A stretch of DNA of 64,000 bases from Eledone cirrhosa (Eukaryota): NCBI GenBank assembly GCA_964016885.1, contig OZ024755.1, positions 24,676,001-24,740,000 on the forward strand, written 5' to 3'. Position numbers and translations under genes: made by a program. The notes beneath the pieces are model-generated. The model saw only the letters and a program-made list of their open reading frames with translations. It had not been told where the DNA came from and made no database searches. Below, one piece after another: positions 50,560 through 62,619 of this stretch; positions within the stretch are counted from its first letter, which is position 1, and each line of letters begins with the position of its first letter.

Positions 50560-51190
50560 GTGTGATTAAAGGGTTAGTTCTGTATAGTATAGGTGCTACT
50601 ATGGTTGAGGAGTTCATTTTGTATAGTATATGTGCTGGTATGGCTGTGTGGTTGAGGAGTTAGCACTGTATAGTATAGGTGCTAGTATGGTTGTATGGCT
50701 GAGGAGTTCATTTTGTATAGTATATGTGCTGATATGGCTGTGTGGTTGAGGAGTTAGCTCTATATAGTATAGGTGCGGGTGTGGCTGTATGGTTGAGTTC
50801 ATTTTGTATAGTATAGGGGCTGATATGGCTGTGTGGTTGAGGAGTTAGCTCTATATAGTATAGGTGCTGGTGTGGCTGTATGGTCGAGGAGTTCATTTTG
50901 TATAGTATAGGTGCTGGTATGGCTGTGTGGTTGAGGAGTTAGCACTGTATAGTATAGGTGCTAGTATGGTTGTATGGCTGAGGAGTTCATTTTGTATAGT
51001 ATATGTGCTGATATGGCTGTGTGGTTGAGGAGTTAGCTCTATATAGTATAGGTGCTGGTGTGGCTGTATGGTTGAGTTCATTTTGTATAGTATAGGTGCT
51101 GGTATGGCTGTGTGATTGAGGAGTTAGCTCTATATAGTATAGGTGCTGGTGTGGCTGTATAGTTGAGGAGTTCATTTTGTATAGTATGGT
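50560..51190. repeat. ~47-bp minisatellite with 279-bp higher-order periodicity
   Basis: GTATAGTATAGGTGCTGGTATGGCTG..GAGGAGTT units; near-identical ORF translations offset by 279 bp (50614/50893 and 50708/50987). Confidence 0.9.
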
Positions 51191-51419
51191 GTACGTTTGT
51201 GTCGATGTTTATACACCCTAGTTTAGCAGTTCAACGGAAGAGATCGATAAAATAGGTATAGGGTTCGATATCACCAATTAAATCGCTTCAAGGCGGTGCT
51301 CCAGCATAGCCACAGTCTATTGAACGAAGCCGGCAAAAGAGTAAAACAAAGTCTGAAGGAATAACCATAATCTACACCTTCGAAAATCTGCAAAATTTCA
51401 TCTAAAAATATGCATTATA

Positions 51420-51610
51420 AAGAATCGGACAAAATGCTTTGAAGTATTTGTTTCAGTTCTTTAAATTCTGAGTTCAAATCCCGCCAAGGTGAACATTGCC
51501 TTTTTTTCTTTCCGAGGTCGATAAAATAAAGCACCAGTCAAGTATTGGTGTCGATATAATCGAATTTCCTTCTCTCCACAGATTGCTGGTCTTGATAATA
51601 AATTAAAAAC
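51420..51610 (+). mobile_element. Older SINE family A copy
   Basis: B box and conserved body. Confidence 0.7.
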
Positions 51611-52233
51611 CATTATCAACACTTTTATTACCAGAGCGCCTGAAATCGTCCCTCGTTCCATGATACAAGAATGTTTATATTTATCTATCTTCGGTCGTAA
51701 TTTTATCTAACAACCTTCGTTAAGTTATGTTCCAAACATCAGCTGAATAATGTGAAATCTTTTTATATTACTAAGTCCCTCAAAATTCTTGATTATTTTC
51801 AAAATTATTTGAAAATGATATATAGATAATGTCTTTCATTAGAAATATGGTAAAGAAAAGCTTAATAAAGATATGAGGAAGCAAAGTAAGTGGTGGTGGT
51901 GATGATTGTGGTGATGGCGATTGTGGTGGTGGTGGTAGTGATTGTGGGGGTGGTTGTGGTAACTGTGGTTGTACTACTACTAAACTATAGCTATACTGAA
52001 ATTAATTTTGCAGTCTTGGCATAATTCTCCAGTTCCAACGAGGAAATAATAAACCGGTTCTCCCAGTACACAGAGCGTCATTTTTGGCTTCGGTTCGTGC
52101 GTCTTTGATATTGCACTTCCACTTTGGTCATTAATTCCTCTTCTATAGCCACCAAGGTCAACAGACTGATTAGTAGTAGACTTGTACCCTGTGAACTTTT
52201 TTCATAGACATAGAATATGAGTGTGTATCTGTG

Positions 52234-52348
<115 letters not shown>

Positions 52349-52654
52349 TTTCTTGTCTGACGACCTTGCGATGAACAAACGCCACTCCAGAATAACAAGA
52401 CTCACCTTTTAGCCTTAATATATATATATATATATACGTTATTTGTGTTTATATATATGTGTGTATGTGTAGACACACACTCACACACACATACATGTGT
52501 GTGTGTGTGTGTACGTGTCAAAATAAGATGAAACTCGATGCATCAACCACAAGTTACTACATGTACACAGAGAGAGGTGAGGGATATTCCTGAGTTGGCA
52601 TATCACATAGATATATTTATTTAATCAATATACACGTCCGTATATATCTAGTAT

Positions 52655-53140
52655 TGGCGGCGAATTGGCAGAATCGTTAAGACGTCGGATAGAATGCTTT
52701 ACGGTATTCGCCCCACTCATTGCGCGTTCTGAGTTCAAATCCTGCCGTGGTCAACTTTACCTTTCATCATTTCCAGGTCGATAAAAAAAAGTACCAGTCC
52801 AGTACTGAGATCGATTCTTCCGCTATAGAAATAATTGTTTCTACTTTTGGCACAAGGCCAGCAATTACCCAGTGTATTACTGATACTTTATTTTATCGAC
52901 CCCGTAAGGATGAAAGGCAAAGTTAACCTCGGCGAGATTTGAACTCAGAATGGAAAGGGCTGTAACTCTTTGCGTCAAAGCATGGCGTCCGACCTTCTAC
53001 CGATACTGCCAATCCACCGCCTCTATAGAAATAATCGGCTGTGTTCAGGCCTGGAGAGGGTTGGGTTCCACCAGGTTTAAAAGTACCCTAGACACGCCGT
53101 ATGACGGCGCTTCTACGACTTCACAAGGGCTTATCGGATC
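52655..53140 (+). mobile_element. Old long-tailed SINE A variant interrupted by a young antisense SINE
   Basis: Head at 52655-52820, tail resumes at 53035. Confidence 0.7.
52831..53022 (-). mobile_element. Young SINE family A with a 13-bp TSD
   Basis: CTATAGAAATAAT at 52823 and 53023. Confidence 0.92.
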
Positions 53141-53729
53141 TTTATCCTTTTATACATCTAGTAAGCCATGACAGACGAGGGGAGACATCTAGTAATACTT
53201 ACAGTTACAAAACAAAAGCAGGAAAGATACAGAGAGGCAAAAAAGAACAGTGAGAGAGGGACGGGACAACAGTAGGCAAAAGAAGCACAAATAAGGAAAA
53301 AGGTGAAAAACAAAGACAATTATAAAGCAGGTAAAGGTTTCTGTTGAATTTGTTTGTAGACTCCATGTATTGAAACATCTTGTTCATAGTTGGCAGCACT
53401 TTGACAATATATTGTACCTCCAATCTTGATAGTTTTTACATTGGAACAAATAGTGTCAAAGAGTTTCTAGGTAGTCGCCACAAGAACATGAAGGTGATCT
53501 TAAACAATCTATTTGTAATAAAATATAGTTCAATGGGATATGACCCGTTCGAATTGAACACTGTATTTGTTTATTAACATTACATAGATACGTTTTAAAC
53601 ATTAACAGATCTAGTTTAGACCACAGAAGATTGAGAATTTATCTCTAGAATCCCTGACCCCTGAAGTTTTTCCTACCTTTGCTTTTGCTAAATAATTTCA
53701 CTTACGATTAATCTGGAGTGTAACTTATA

Positions 53730-53916
53730 CCGGTGGATTGGCAGTATCAGTAGAGGGTCGGACGCCATGCTTTGAAGCATAGAGTTACCTCCCTGTATGA
53801 TCTGAGTTCAAATCCCGCCGAGGTTAACTTTGCCTTTCATCCTTCCGGGGTCGATAAAAGTACCAGTAATGCACTGGGTAATTGCTGGCCTTGTGCCAAA
53901 AGTAGAAACAATTATT
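53730..53916 (+). mobile_element. SINE family A
   Basis: Near-consensus copy with (ATT)n tail. Confidence 0.9.
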
Positions 53917-53929
53917 ATGGTGTTCTTTT

Positions 53930-55430
53930 GTTTCCTCTTTTGAATATTTAATTATTTTGAATGGTTTTAATTGTTCTACCCATGGATGAAGTCAAATATG
54001 CTGTTTCCAATTATTTTAAAACTGAGCAGTTAGATCCTTCTATTAACTAGAATCTTCTATTAGATCCTTCTATTAACAATTGAGTAGGAGTTAACCCTGC
54101 TTCATGAAAAATAAGTATCTTGGGAGTAGATCGTAGAAAACTTCATATAGTTTTGCCAGTTTGAATACGAAATTAGTTGATAACTTGAAGATAGTTAGTG
54201 CTTGTGTGCCACCAAACCCAGCTGCCATACACAAATTGAGAATTGTTGATTCCCGTATTATATAATCTCATGTGTTTATACGTTAGGCAGTGATATTGCT
54301 TTTAAACAAACTTTAATAGCATATCATGTGCGGGTCATTTTTTTTTTTTTTTTTCAATAAATATTTGAGAATAGTTTCCCATTTCAAGTCAGTTTGTAAC
54401 CAAATAGCAAGGATCTTTATGGAATTTTGCAGTATCAATAATTGGTTCATTCAATATATTTCATCACATTGATAATTGAAAGGTTTGGGATTGTGGAAAT
54501 GAATCAATTGTGTTTTAGAGGGATCAAAATGTTGACTATTTTCGTTTGCCCATTCAGTTACAGTTGATAGGGCTGTGCATAATTTGGCTTTGTTGTTACT
54601 GGTGATGCTAGATGAAGTGTATAAGTTAATATCTGCAAACTTTGACACTCCCACAATTTAGAAATGTAAACAAGTCTTATGTAAAATAGAAAGAAAACGG
54701 GTGGAACTGGATAACCCCGTAGGAAACCCTTTAGAAGATAAATAACTTCGCTTTTCTCATTTCCAAGAATCAATCTTGTACAACAGTCAATGATAAAACT
54801 TTAAACCCAGTTTCAGAGATAGTTGGGAATTTCAAAATATCATTTTTAACTAGGGTTTTATGATCTACACTATCGTAAGCTCCCTTTATATCTAGTCAGA
54901 TCAAGCTGGTAGATTTTTTTCAAAAGTTTTGAGTTTCTAATAAATGTGGTTATTTCATGTACACAATTCTCAATGTCTCTAGTCGCTCGAAATCCGAACG
55001 ATTTGTGGAAAAATATTCTTTGTCTATCCAAAGTAGGATAATCTATTACCTATAATTTTTTTCTCGTATTTTAAATAGATTGTTTAGTAGGGCCAAAGAA
55101 TGATATGATCTGGTAGAGTGATCGTTGTCCTTATTTGGTTTTAGTAATACTGTTGTATGAATAAGTTTCCACATATCTGGATGATGTTTAAATTTAATGA
55201 CACTATTCAATAAGTTTAGAACTATTTCTAGCAGTATCCTCCATGTTTCATACAGTCGTACAGTAAGTTGCCTTCTCACTTTTCTTGAGCCCTTTGTATC
55301 TATATATCTACGCATGGTCTTAGATACGTTTGTCTTAGTAATATTAAGTGATGTGTACGTTCTGACCCGGTCTTTTCGCAACTGTTTACTCATCAATAGC
55401 CAGATCGATATTAGTGTGTATTGATCAAAA
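53930..55430 (-). pseudogene. Heavily decayed LINE reverse transcriptase (Jockey/I-like)
   Basis: PDMWKLIHTTVLLKPNKD..RSYHSLALLNNLFKIREK (N-terminal RT motif), KFADINLY (YADD-like), FDPSKTQLIHF; many stops and frameshifts. Confidence 0.75.
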
Positions 55431-55877
55431 TTATTCCTATATATATATACATATATATATACACTTTGTTAGCACCCGAGACAGGTTCACTCGCTTATAC
55501 GTTCAAACCGTATCTCATTGAGTGAATAATATGAACAATCGGGTTTATAGCGAATATATTTCCTATAACCCCGCTACTTAGACTGTATTTCCCACTTCAC
55601 AGAACAGTCAGAAATGTGAGTAAATGGTATTTTTATCATTTTATTACCTTTGTATTTCTTTGCAGTTCTTTTTTTTTTAGTTGGTTGAGATCTATTTGGC
55701 TATAAGTCCGAAATATATCTCATTTTGAATTTGCCGCTAGCACAGTCCCAAGGCGAACGACGAGTCGTTCCTCCATGCGTGACATCACTACTTGCTGTCA
55801 ACTGCCTTAGCCATTGTTGCAGTAATTTCTCGATGCACGGATTGGACAGACCACTTCACACTCGCTATAATCGTTAC

Positions 55878-56000
55878 ATCCGCTGATGACGTAATGCAGA
55901 ACTGGCATGTATAGTTGCACGATGATGCCACTGAGATTGGCAAATTGCAAACTGCATTTTTTGGCGCAGTCTGTACTTGCAGAAACCTCGAGTTCCAGGA
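55878..56000 (+). ncRNA. Candidate hammerhead with a ~92-nt stem II
   Basis: CTGATGA c-gtaa-tgcaga ... tctgta-c-ttgc-a GAAA cctcgag TT; stem I weak. Confidence 0.4.
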
Positions 56001-56069
56001 CAGCCACCTGTGACCTGTCCCATTACACATATGCATTTTGTTAACATTCTGAGACAGGTTAGTCCCACC

Positions 56070-56265
56070 AAACAGAATCTCCAAGACAAAGTCCTCCCCA
56101 CCAGACAAAATCCCCAGGACAAAGTCCTCCCCACTAGACAGAATCTCTACGACAAAGTCCTCCACACCAGACATAATCTCCAGTACGAAGTCACCCCCCA
56201 CAGAATCTCCAGGACAAACTCCACCCTACCAGATAGAATCTCCAAGACAAAATTTCCATCCTACA
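56070..56265. repeat. 33-bp minisatellite (about 6 units)
   Basis: CCAGACAGAATCTCCAGGACAAAGTCCTCCCCA variants. Confidence 0.9.
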
Positions 56266-56311
56266 GGAGAAAAAATAAGTTTTGTCCAAATAGCTTTTTC
56301 GTTTATTCTTA

Positions 56312-56620
56312 AATGGCTTTCTGGTTAGGGGAATCGGCTCACAGTCGTAAGGTCGCGAGTTCAATTCCCAGCAGCACGTTATGTCCTTGAGCAAGACACT
56401 TTATTTTACGCTATTCCAGGCCAATCGGCTGGTAAAAATGAGTTGTACATGAATACGAATGTCCAGCATGTCACATTCTGTGTTACACTGAATCTCCCTG
56501 AGAAATACGTTAAGAATAAGCGTGTCTGTGGAATGGTCAACTACTTGCACGTTAATTTCATGAGCAGGCTGTTCCGTCAATCAACTGGAACACTCGTCGT
56601 CGTTGTTATAGACGGAGTGA
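56312..56620 (+). mobile_element. tRNA-derived CORE-like SINE (family B)
   Basis: A box TGGCTTTCTGG, B box GAGTTCAATTCC, CORE-like TGTCCTTGAGCAAGACACTTTA. Confidence 0.8.
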
Positions 56621-56634
56621 CAGAATATATATAT

Positions 56635-56828
56635 AAAGAGTCAGGACCCCGACGGCTGAGCTCCGGCCGTTTCGACAGCTAGATCCAAACTGTTCGGATC
56701 TAGCTGTCGAAACGGCCAGAGATCAGCCGTCGGGGTCCTGACTCTTTTTCTATTACCCACTCTACTACCCTAAGTAGAGTACTCTGGTGCGTTATGGTCC
56801 ACCTGGTATCTTACCACATCTTCTTTGT
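56635..56828. mobile_element. Asymmetric hairpin element between TA runs
   Basis: Arms 56635-56690 and 56693-56747; mirror-image relative at 63532-63710; fragment at ~19783-19828. Confidence 0.85.
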
Positions 56829-56875
<47 letters not shown>

Positions 56876-57271
56876 CTAGGCTCGCCTGTCGCAGTTTTCA
56901 AATTGTCAAGTTATCTAACGTATGTTATTACTCTAAGGTGGCACAGCCTTATCGAGTGCTTTGGTGCACATTCCTAATTGTATATCGTTAGCTTGGCCAC
57001 AGCCAAAACTTCGATTTTACTAAACTTCCATTTGCATATATATATATATTTCGTTTCTGAATTTGTTTAGCAATATTCTTTATCTGAAATCGTGTGTTGA
57101 AACCGATATTGTTATACTTTGGGAGGGTCATGTTGCCAATAAGAAACACACGCACCAGTTGCTTTCACTTCAATTTATTATATATTTATAAATTTATAAA
57201 TTTACAAATTTACAAACTTATAAATTTCTGGTTGGTTGGTTGGTTCCACAACCAGATAGTTGTTTATATAT

Positions 57272-57316
57272 AGTCATAGTCCTTTCGTCACACACTCTGT
57301 GACCTCTTCAGTGACT
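57272..57316 (-). ncRNA. Minimal type I hammerhead ribozyme
   Basis: agtca CTGAAGA g-gtcaca-gagtg-tgtgac GAAA ggac TA tgact: perfect 5-bp stem I and 6-bp stem II. Confidence 0.75.
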
Positions 57317-57397
57317 GGGGATTCCTTTCTTCGTTTCTGTGCCTTTCCTTTCTTCTATCTTACGCCATTTTGTTTCTGTCAGTATACATATATATAT

Positions 57398-57720
57398 CGT
57401 AGGCCTCCTTCGGTCACGAATGACCATGGGTTTGCACCTTGAAGGTTTCCCTACGAGGCACAAGCCAGAGCAAGGTGTTTTTGTGAAGACTAGACAGTCG
57501 CTCATGAATACCAGCTTCCCCTCTCCATGCCACCGATGTTGTCCAAAGGAAAGTTAATGGTCGATACAACTTGTCACCAGTAACGTCGCAACTCATTTCT
57601 ACAGGTAAGTAAACTGGAGCAACGTCAAATAAAGTGTCTTGCTTAAGGACCCAACGCATCACACAGTCCGACAACCTCACGATTGCTAGCTCATCGCTCT
57701 TAACACTAAGCCATGCGCCC
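57398..57720 (-). mobile_element. CORE-like SINE family B with a different 3' tail
   Basis: Antisense tRNA-like head and GGTCCTTAAGCAAGACACTTTATTTGACGTTGCTCCAG. Confidence 0.75.
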
Positions 57721-57721
57721 T

Positions 57722-57758
<37 letters not shown>

Positions 57759-58170
57759 TTATTTATGCCTGCGCACCTGTGCATGTCTGTGTGTGTGTGT
57801 GTGTGTGTGTGCGTGCGTGAGAGAGTGCGAGCATGCGTGTATGTGTGTTGAATCACTTCAAACGACTGTGGACTAACTAAGAGGTGTATCTAATACACTT
57901 TATATATAAAGAAAGGGAAGAACAAGAGATATAGACAAGACAAAAACGAAAGAAAAAGAAATGGTAGTGTAAGTGTGTGGCGAGAGAGAGGAAGAGGGGG
58001 AGAGATAAAGAAGAGTTAAATATTTGTGTTGTTAAATCTTTGTGTAACCTCCATGAATTCGAAGATCTTATTTGTGGCTGGGGGTGGATACAGGACAATA
58101 TATTACACCAAACTTGTTTTGATATTCAAAAATATATAAATATATGAACACACACACATGCACACATGCA

Positions 58171-58252
<82 letters not shown>

Positions 58253-58401
58253 ACTCTTTCTCTCTCTCTCTCTCACTCTTTCTCTCTATCTCACTCTTTC
58301 TCTCTATCTATCTATCTATATATATATATATATAGATAGATATACATATATATATGTATACACATACACACACACACACACACATACAGACAGACAGACA
58401 G

Positions 58402-58434
<33 letters not shown>

Positions 58435-58546
58435 AATAGGATCACGGAACTCTTTTTAAGTGTTTGGGTGTGGGTAATAAAACGAAGTGCACACAGACAC
58501 CACACATGCGTGTATATGTGTGTATATATACATATATATGTGTGTG

Positions 58547-58593
<47 letters not shown>

Positions 58594-58727
58594 CCCTATG
58601 TAGTTGACGGACAAGAGAAAAGAGTAGTACTCAATACCGGAGCAGAGTTTAAATATTCATTTATTATGGTTAAGTAGTGAGTCTTGATACTCCGGTGTTT
58701 CACCAGAGCAGGTAAAACCTCAGGTAA

Positions 58728-58767
<40 letters not shown>

Positions 58768-58911
58768 AGCACGAACGAAGTATCAATATAACATTGTTTA
58801 TCTATAAGTAACGCGCGTTTCGCAATCAATCAGCTCAAGGTAGGATCGATAGTGATCGCGCCTAACTTTGGAATCCATAACTAAACCTTATGTGGATTGG
58901 CAGTATCGGTA

Positions 58912-59077
58912 GAGGGTCGGACGCCATGCTTTGACGCATAGAGTTACGGCCCTTGCCATTCTGAGTTCAAATCCAGCCGAGGTTAACTTTGCCTTTCATC
59001 CTTATGGGGTCGATAAAATAATGTACCAGTAATGCACTGGGTAATTGCTGGCCTTGTGCCAAAAGTAGAAACAATTA
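58912..59077 (+). mobile_element. SINE family A (head begins ~58892)
   Basis: Near-consensus copy. Confidence 0.9.
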
Positions 59078-59349
59078 TAAATATTATTAACACTCTGCTT
59101 GTTATGGCTACCGACTGTGGTGAAATACCAGACGCAGAATACCACATCGGCAACCGGACCCATATTACCATTCAATGGTCAAACTGATGAACCAATAGTA
59201 ACAAAACGTTACACTCAATACAATATATATATATATAAAAATGAGCGGAACAAGTAATCATCAAACAATCTTTTAAATAAATAAAAAAACGATTCATATT
59301 TCTGTAGGTACTTAGTGCCTGTTGGAATATCCATACCCTTTTATATATA

Positions 59350-59425
<76 letters not shown>

Positions 59426-59479
59426 TATATATATATATAGACAGTTGAAAATTACAAACTTGACTGTCACCACACATTA

Positions 59480-59518
59480 TGAACCTGAAGATTTCGAAAG
59501 CATGAAAGTACTTGTTCA
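59480..59518 (+). ncRNA. Minimal type I hammerhead motif
   Basis: tgaac CTGAAGA tttc-gaaa-gcat GAAA gtac TT gttca: 5-bp stem I, palindromic stem III AAGTACTT, weak stem II. Confidence 0.6.
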
Positions 59519-59673
59519 ATTAACACTTAACATTTAATATTCTACCATACTATTTCATTCTAATACCATTATATATTTTAAAGGATTGTAAATAAAACGA
59601 GTAAATCAGACAAAGTTGGAATTCCTTTTATTAATATAAACTTCTATACACAATCATACACACCCGTGTATAT

Positions 59674-59705
<32 letters not shown>

Positions 59706-59706
59706 A

Positions 59707-59763
<57 letters not shown>

Positions 59764-59879
59764 AATTTAAAAGATGTTATTAAGGTAATCTTAATCTATA
59801 TTTTCAAAAATATATCTCTGCAAAGTTATGAAAAAAAAAAAAATAAAATAAAAATAAAAAAACAGTCGGTTTTGCCTGT

Positions 59880-61224
59880 AAAATCTGTCCAGCGATTCTT
59901 TCCTAAGACATTCTAACCACATGTCCATAGTATCGGAGCTGTGATCTCTCAATTCGCAGAAATAGCGGCTCTACCTGGAGTGACTCTCTGATCTCCGAGC
60001 TACGCACTCTATCGAGTAACGTTACTCAAAAGACCCTTCAGAGGAACACCATTTCAGCCGCTTTTATTCGGTCATTACCCTAGATTAATGACCACATGTA
60101 AGAGGTTTGCACTAATACCGAATTGAAGAGAGCGTGTTTGGATTTTACACCTACCTCCCTTTTTCTGATTTCCGAATGCTTAAGCTGGTGCATTACTGCA
60201 CCAGCTCCTACAATTCTTGTACATAATTCAGTCTCTTGCCATCCATCACTTGTGAACACGGCCCCGAGATACTTGAACGTCTCCACCAGTCTCCCTTAAG
60301 AGGACGTATGTCTCAGTTTTTGCAGCACTAATTTTCATTCTCGCTATGCAGCACTCGACATCAGACCTATCAAGTGCAAGTCGGAGATCACCGAAGGTCG
60401 AGTTAAGTAACACTATATCGTCTGCAAATTTCAGCCGACCTATTTTACACCAGCTAGTCGTGATACCACTTGCAACCCGGCTGCGCATGTCAATACTGTT
60501 CATGTTAATAATGAACAGGAGAGGTGACAGTACGCACTCTTAGCAGAGCCCGACTCCCACATTGAATGGTTTCGATTTAACGTCATTTATCCTAACACAA
60601 ATATTTGGGCATTCGTATAGAGACATCAGGGTAGCAGGAAGCTGACCATCGATCCCATACTGCTGCACAACTTTCCACAGCAGGTCCCGAGGAACGCGAT
60701 CATATGCCTTTTCGAGGTCTACAAGACAATATACCTCTTGGCAATACTCCCACGATTTCTCGAATACCTGCCGCAGTGTGAGTATTTGGTCGGCTGTGCT
60801 GCATCCGGGGCGAAAGCCGCACTGTTCATCAGCTAGCTTGGACTTGACAATCTCTCAGAATCTCTTTGCCAGACACTTAGCATAGACTTTACTCGGGATG
60901 CTTAACAAGGAGACTCCTCTGTAATTGGAACAATCTCTCTTGTCTCCCTTTTTGATAATTGGGATTATTACTCCCGATTGCCATTGCTTAGGTGCCCTTC
61001 CACCCAGCACATGCAAGTCAGCCAGAAAATAACTTCTCTTAAGGCTTTTTACATCCCGGTCCGGATTTAATCTTCTCCAGCGGCCTTGCCACATTTGAGC
61101 ATTTTATCTGCGGTTGTTACATCAGCCTCTGAGAGATTAGTTACCGCTCCCAGATGTACCTCGTGTACATTAGAAGATGCTGTTGCGATCAGGTTTATGA
61201 GATCCACTTCGCGAAGATGCACAT

Positions 61225-61225
<1 letters not shown>
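59880..61225 (-). pseudogene. Decayed RTE-type LINE reverse transcriptase
   Basis: GKAAGED, WQSGVIIPIIKKGDKRDCSNYRGVSLLSIPSKVY, QCGFRPG..DQILTLRQ, VDLEKAYDRVPR, KFADDIVLL and ETFKYLG across broken frames. Confidence 0.92.
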
Positions 61226-61269
<44 letters not shown>

Positions 61270-61279
61270 CATATACATA

Positions 61280-61410
61280 AGGCGCGTGGCTGAGTGGTTA
61301 GATAATATAATTCGCAATCGTCAGGTTGTGATTTCCATTTCCGGACCGGGCGATGCGTTATGTCCTTGAGCAAGACACTTTATTTCATGTTGTTCCTTCT
61401 GGCTGGAGTT
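61280..61410 (+). mobile_element. CORE-like SINE family B (partial)
   Basis: GGCGCGTGGCTGAGTGGTTAG head; TGTCCTTGAGCAAGACACTTTATTTCATGTTG. Confidence 0.78.
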
Positions 61411-61525
61411 GCGACCGACAGATAGTATCAGCAATTAGAAAGACCAATGGAAACATTGTTTCCTCGGTCCGATTTGAAGTTAAGCGTGTGAGGTCTGGAA
61501 TCTTGTCGATCTACTTTCGATACAT

Positions 61526-61559
<34 letters not shown>

Positions 61560-61726
61560 ACACGCACACATATATATACATAAATATATATATATACACA
61601 GACATGTATATACATATATATATACATGTATATACATATATATAAATGCATATATATATATAAATAAATATATATATATATATATACATGTTATATACAT
61701 ATATATAAATGCATATACACACATAT

Positions 61727-61773
<47 letters not shown>

Positions 61774-61814
61774 CGAAACATAAGTCAATTGCATGAACTC
61801 ATAATCCTTTATTT

Positions 61815-61870
61815 ACTGCTATATATATTTCGATGATAGCCATTGAATGGCTATGACCTCATCAGGCAGT
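61815..61870 (-). ncRNA. Type I hammerhead ribozyme
   Basis: actgc CTGATGA ggtcatagccat-tca-atggctatcatc GAAA tatata TA gcagt: perfect 5-bp stem I, 11 of 12 positions paired in stem II, (TA)-palindromic stem III. Confidence 0.78.
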
Positions 61871-61925
61871 TCTTAGATATGCCAGCTCTGTGTGATGGTA
61901 TCAGAGCCTTGGGAGGACATATATG

Positions 61926-62143
61926 TGTAGGTTCCTATTAACAGCAAAATATAAAAAAATATATATCAGTATATTATATATATATATATATATACTGATA
62001 TATATTTTTTATATTTTGCTGTTAATAGGAACTTACAGGTCCTATTTATATATATATATATACTGATATATATTTTTTATATTTTGCTATTAATAGGAAC
62101 CTGTAGGTTCCTATTAACAACAAAATATAAAAAATATATATCA

Positions 62144-62185
<42 letters not shown>

Positions 62186-62226
62186 TGATATATATTTTTT
62201 ATATTTAGCTGTTAATAGAAACCTAC
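61926..62226. repeat. Serial palindromes of a ~45-bp unit around TA runs
   Basis: GTAGGTTCCTATTAACAGCAAAATATAAAAAAATATATATCAG and its reverse complement occur five times in total. Confidence 0.9.
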
Positions 62227-62309
62227 ACACCTGTTGAATTTAACTTCAAATTATTATAAACTCCCAGTCAGTTAGTTACCAACAGGATGGTTCTTCTGTT
62301 GTTGGATGT

Positions 62310-62353
62310 GATCAAAGCTCTTCGTCACACATTCTGTGACCTCCTCAGTAACT
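62310..62353 (-). ncRNA. Degenerate relative of the hammerhead at 57272
   Basis: agtta CTGAGGA g-gtcaca-gaatg-tgtgac GAAG agc TT tgat. Confidence 0.5.
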
Positions 62354-62408
62354 ACCTTTGTTACTATTTTGTGTCTCTTCTTTGTTGTCCCGCACCATCT
62401 TGTTTGTC

Positions 62409-62440
<32 letters not shown>

Positions 62441-62585
62441 AGTACGTTAATCCGGGTTGAATCGGAGGTAACCACAGTAAGTAAGGTACTCAATACATTG
62501 CAGAGTATAACAGTTTTAATATAGATGAGATTCTACAGGACTAGAACTGTTTCATTCTTTAGAAATCATCAGGAAAATAACAGGT

Positions 62586-62616
<31 letters not shown>

Positions 62617-62619
<3 letters not shown>

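Noticed and set aside
50560-51190. Regularly spaced repeats as a possible CRISPR array (also 56070-56265 and 49180-49330)
   Set aside because: No unique spacers, no cas genes, eukaryotic context; these are minisatellites
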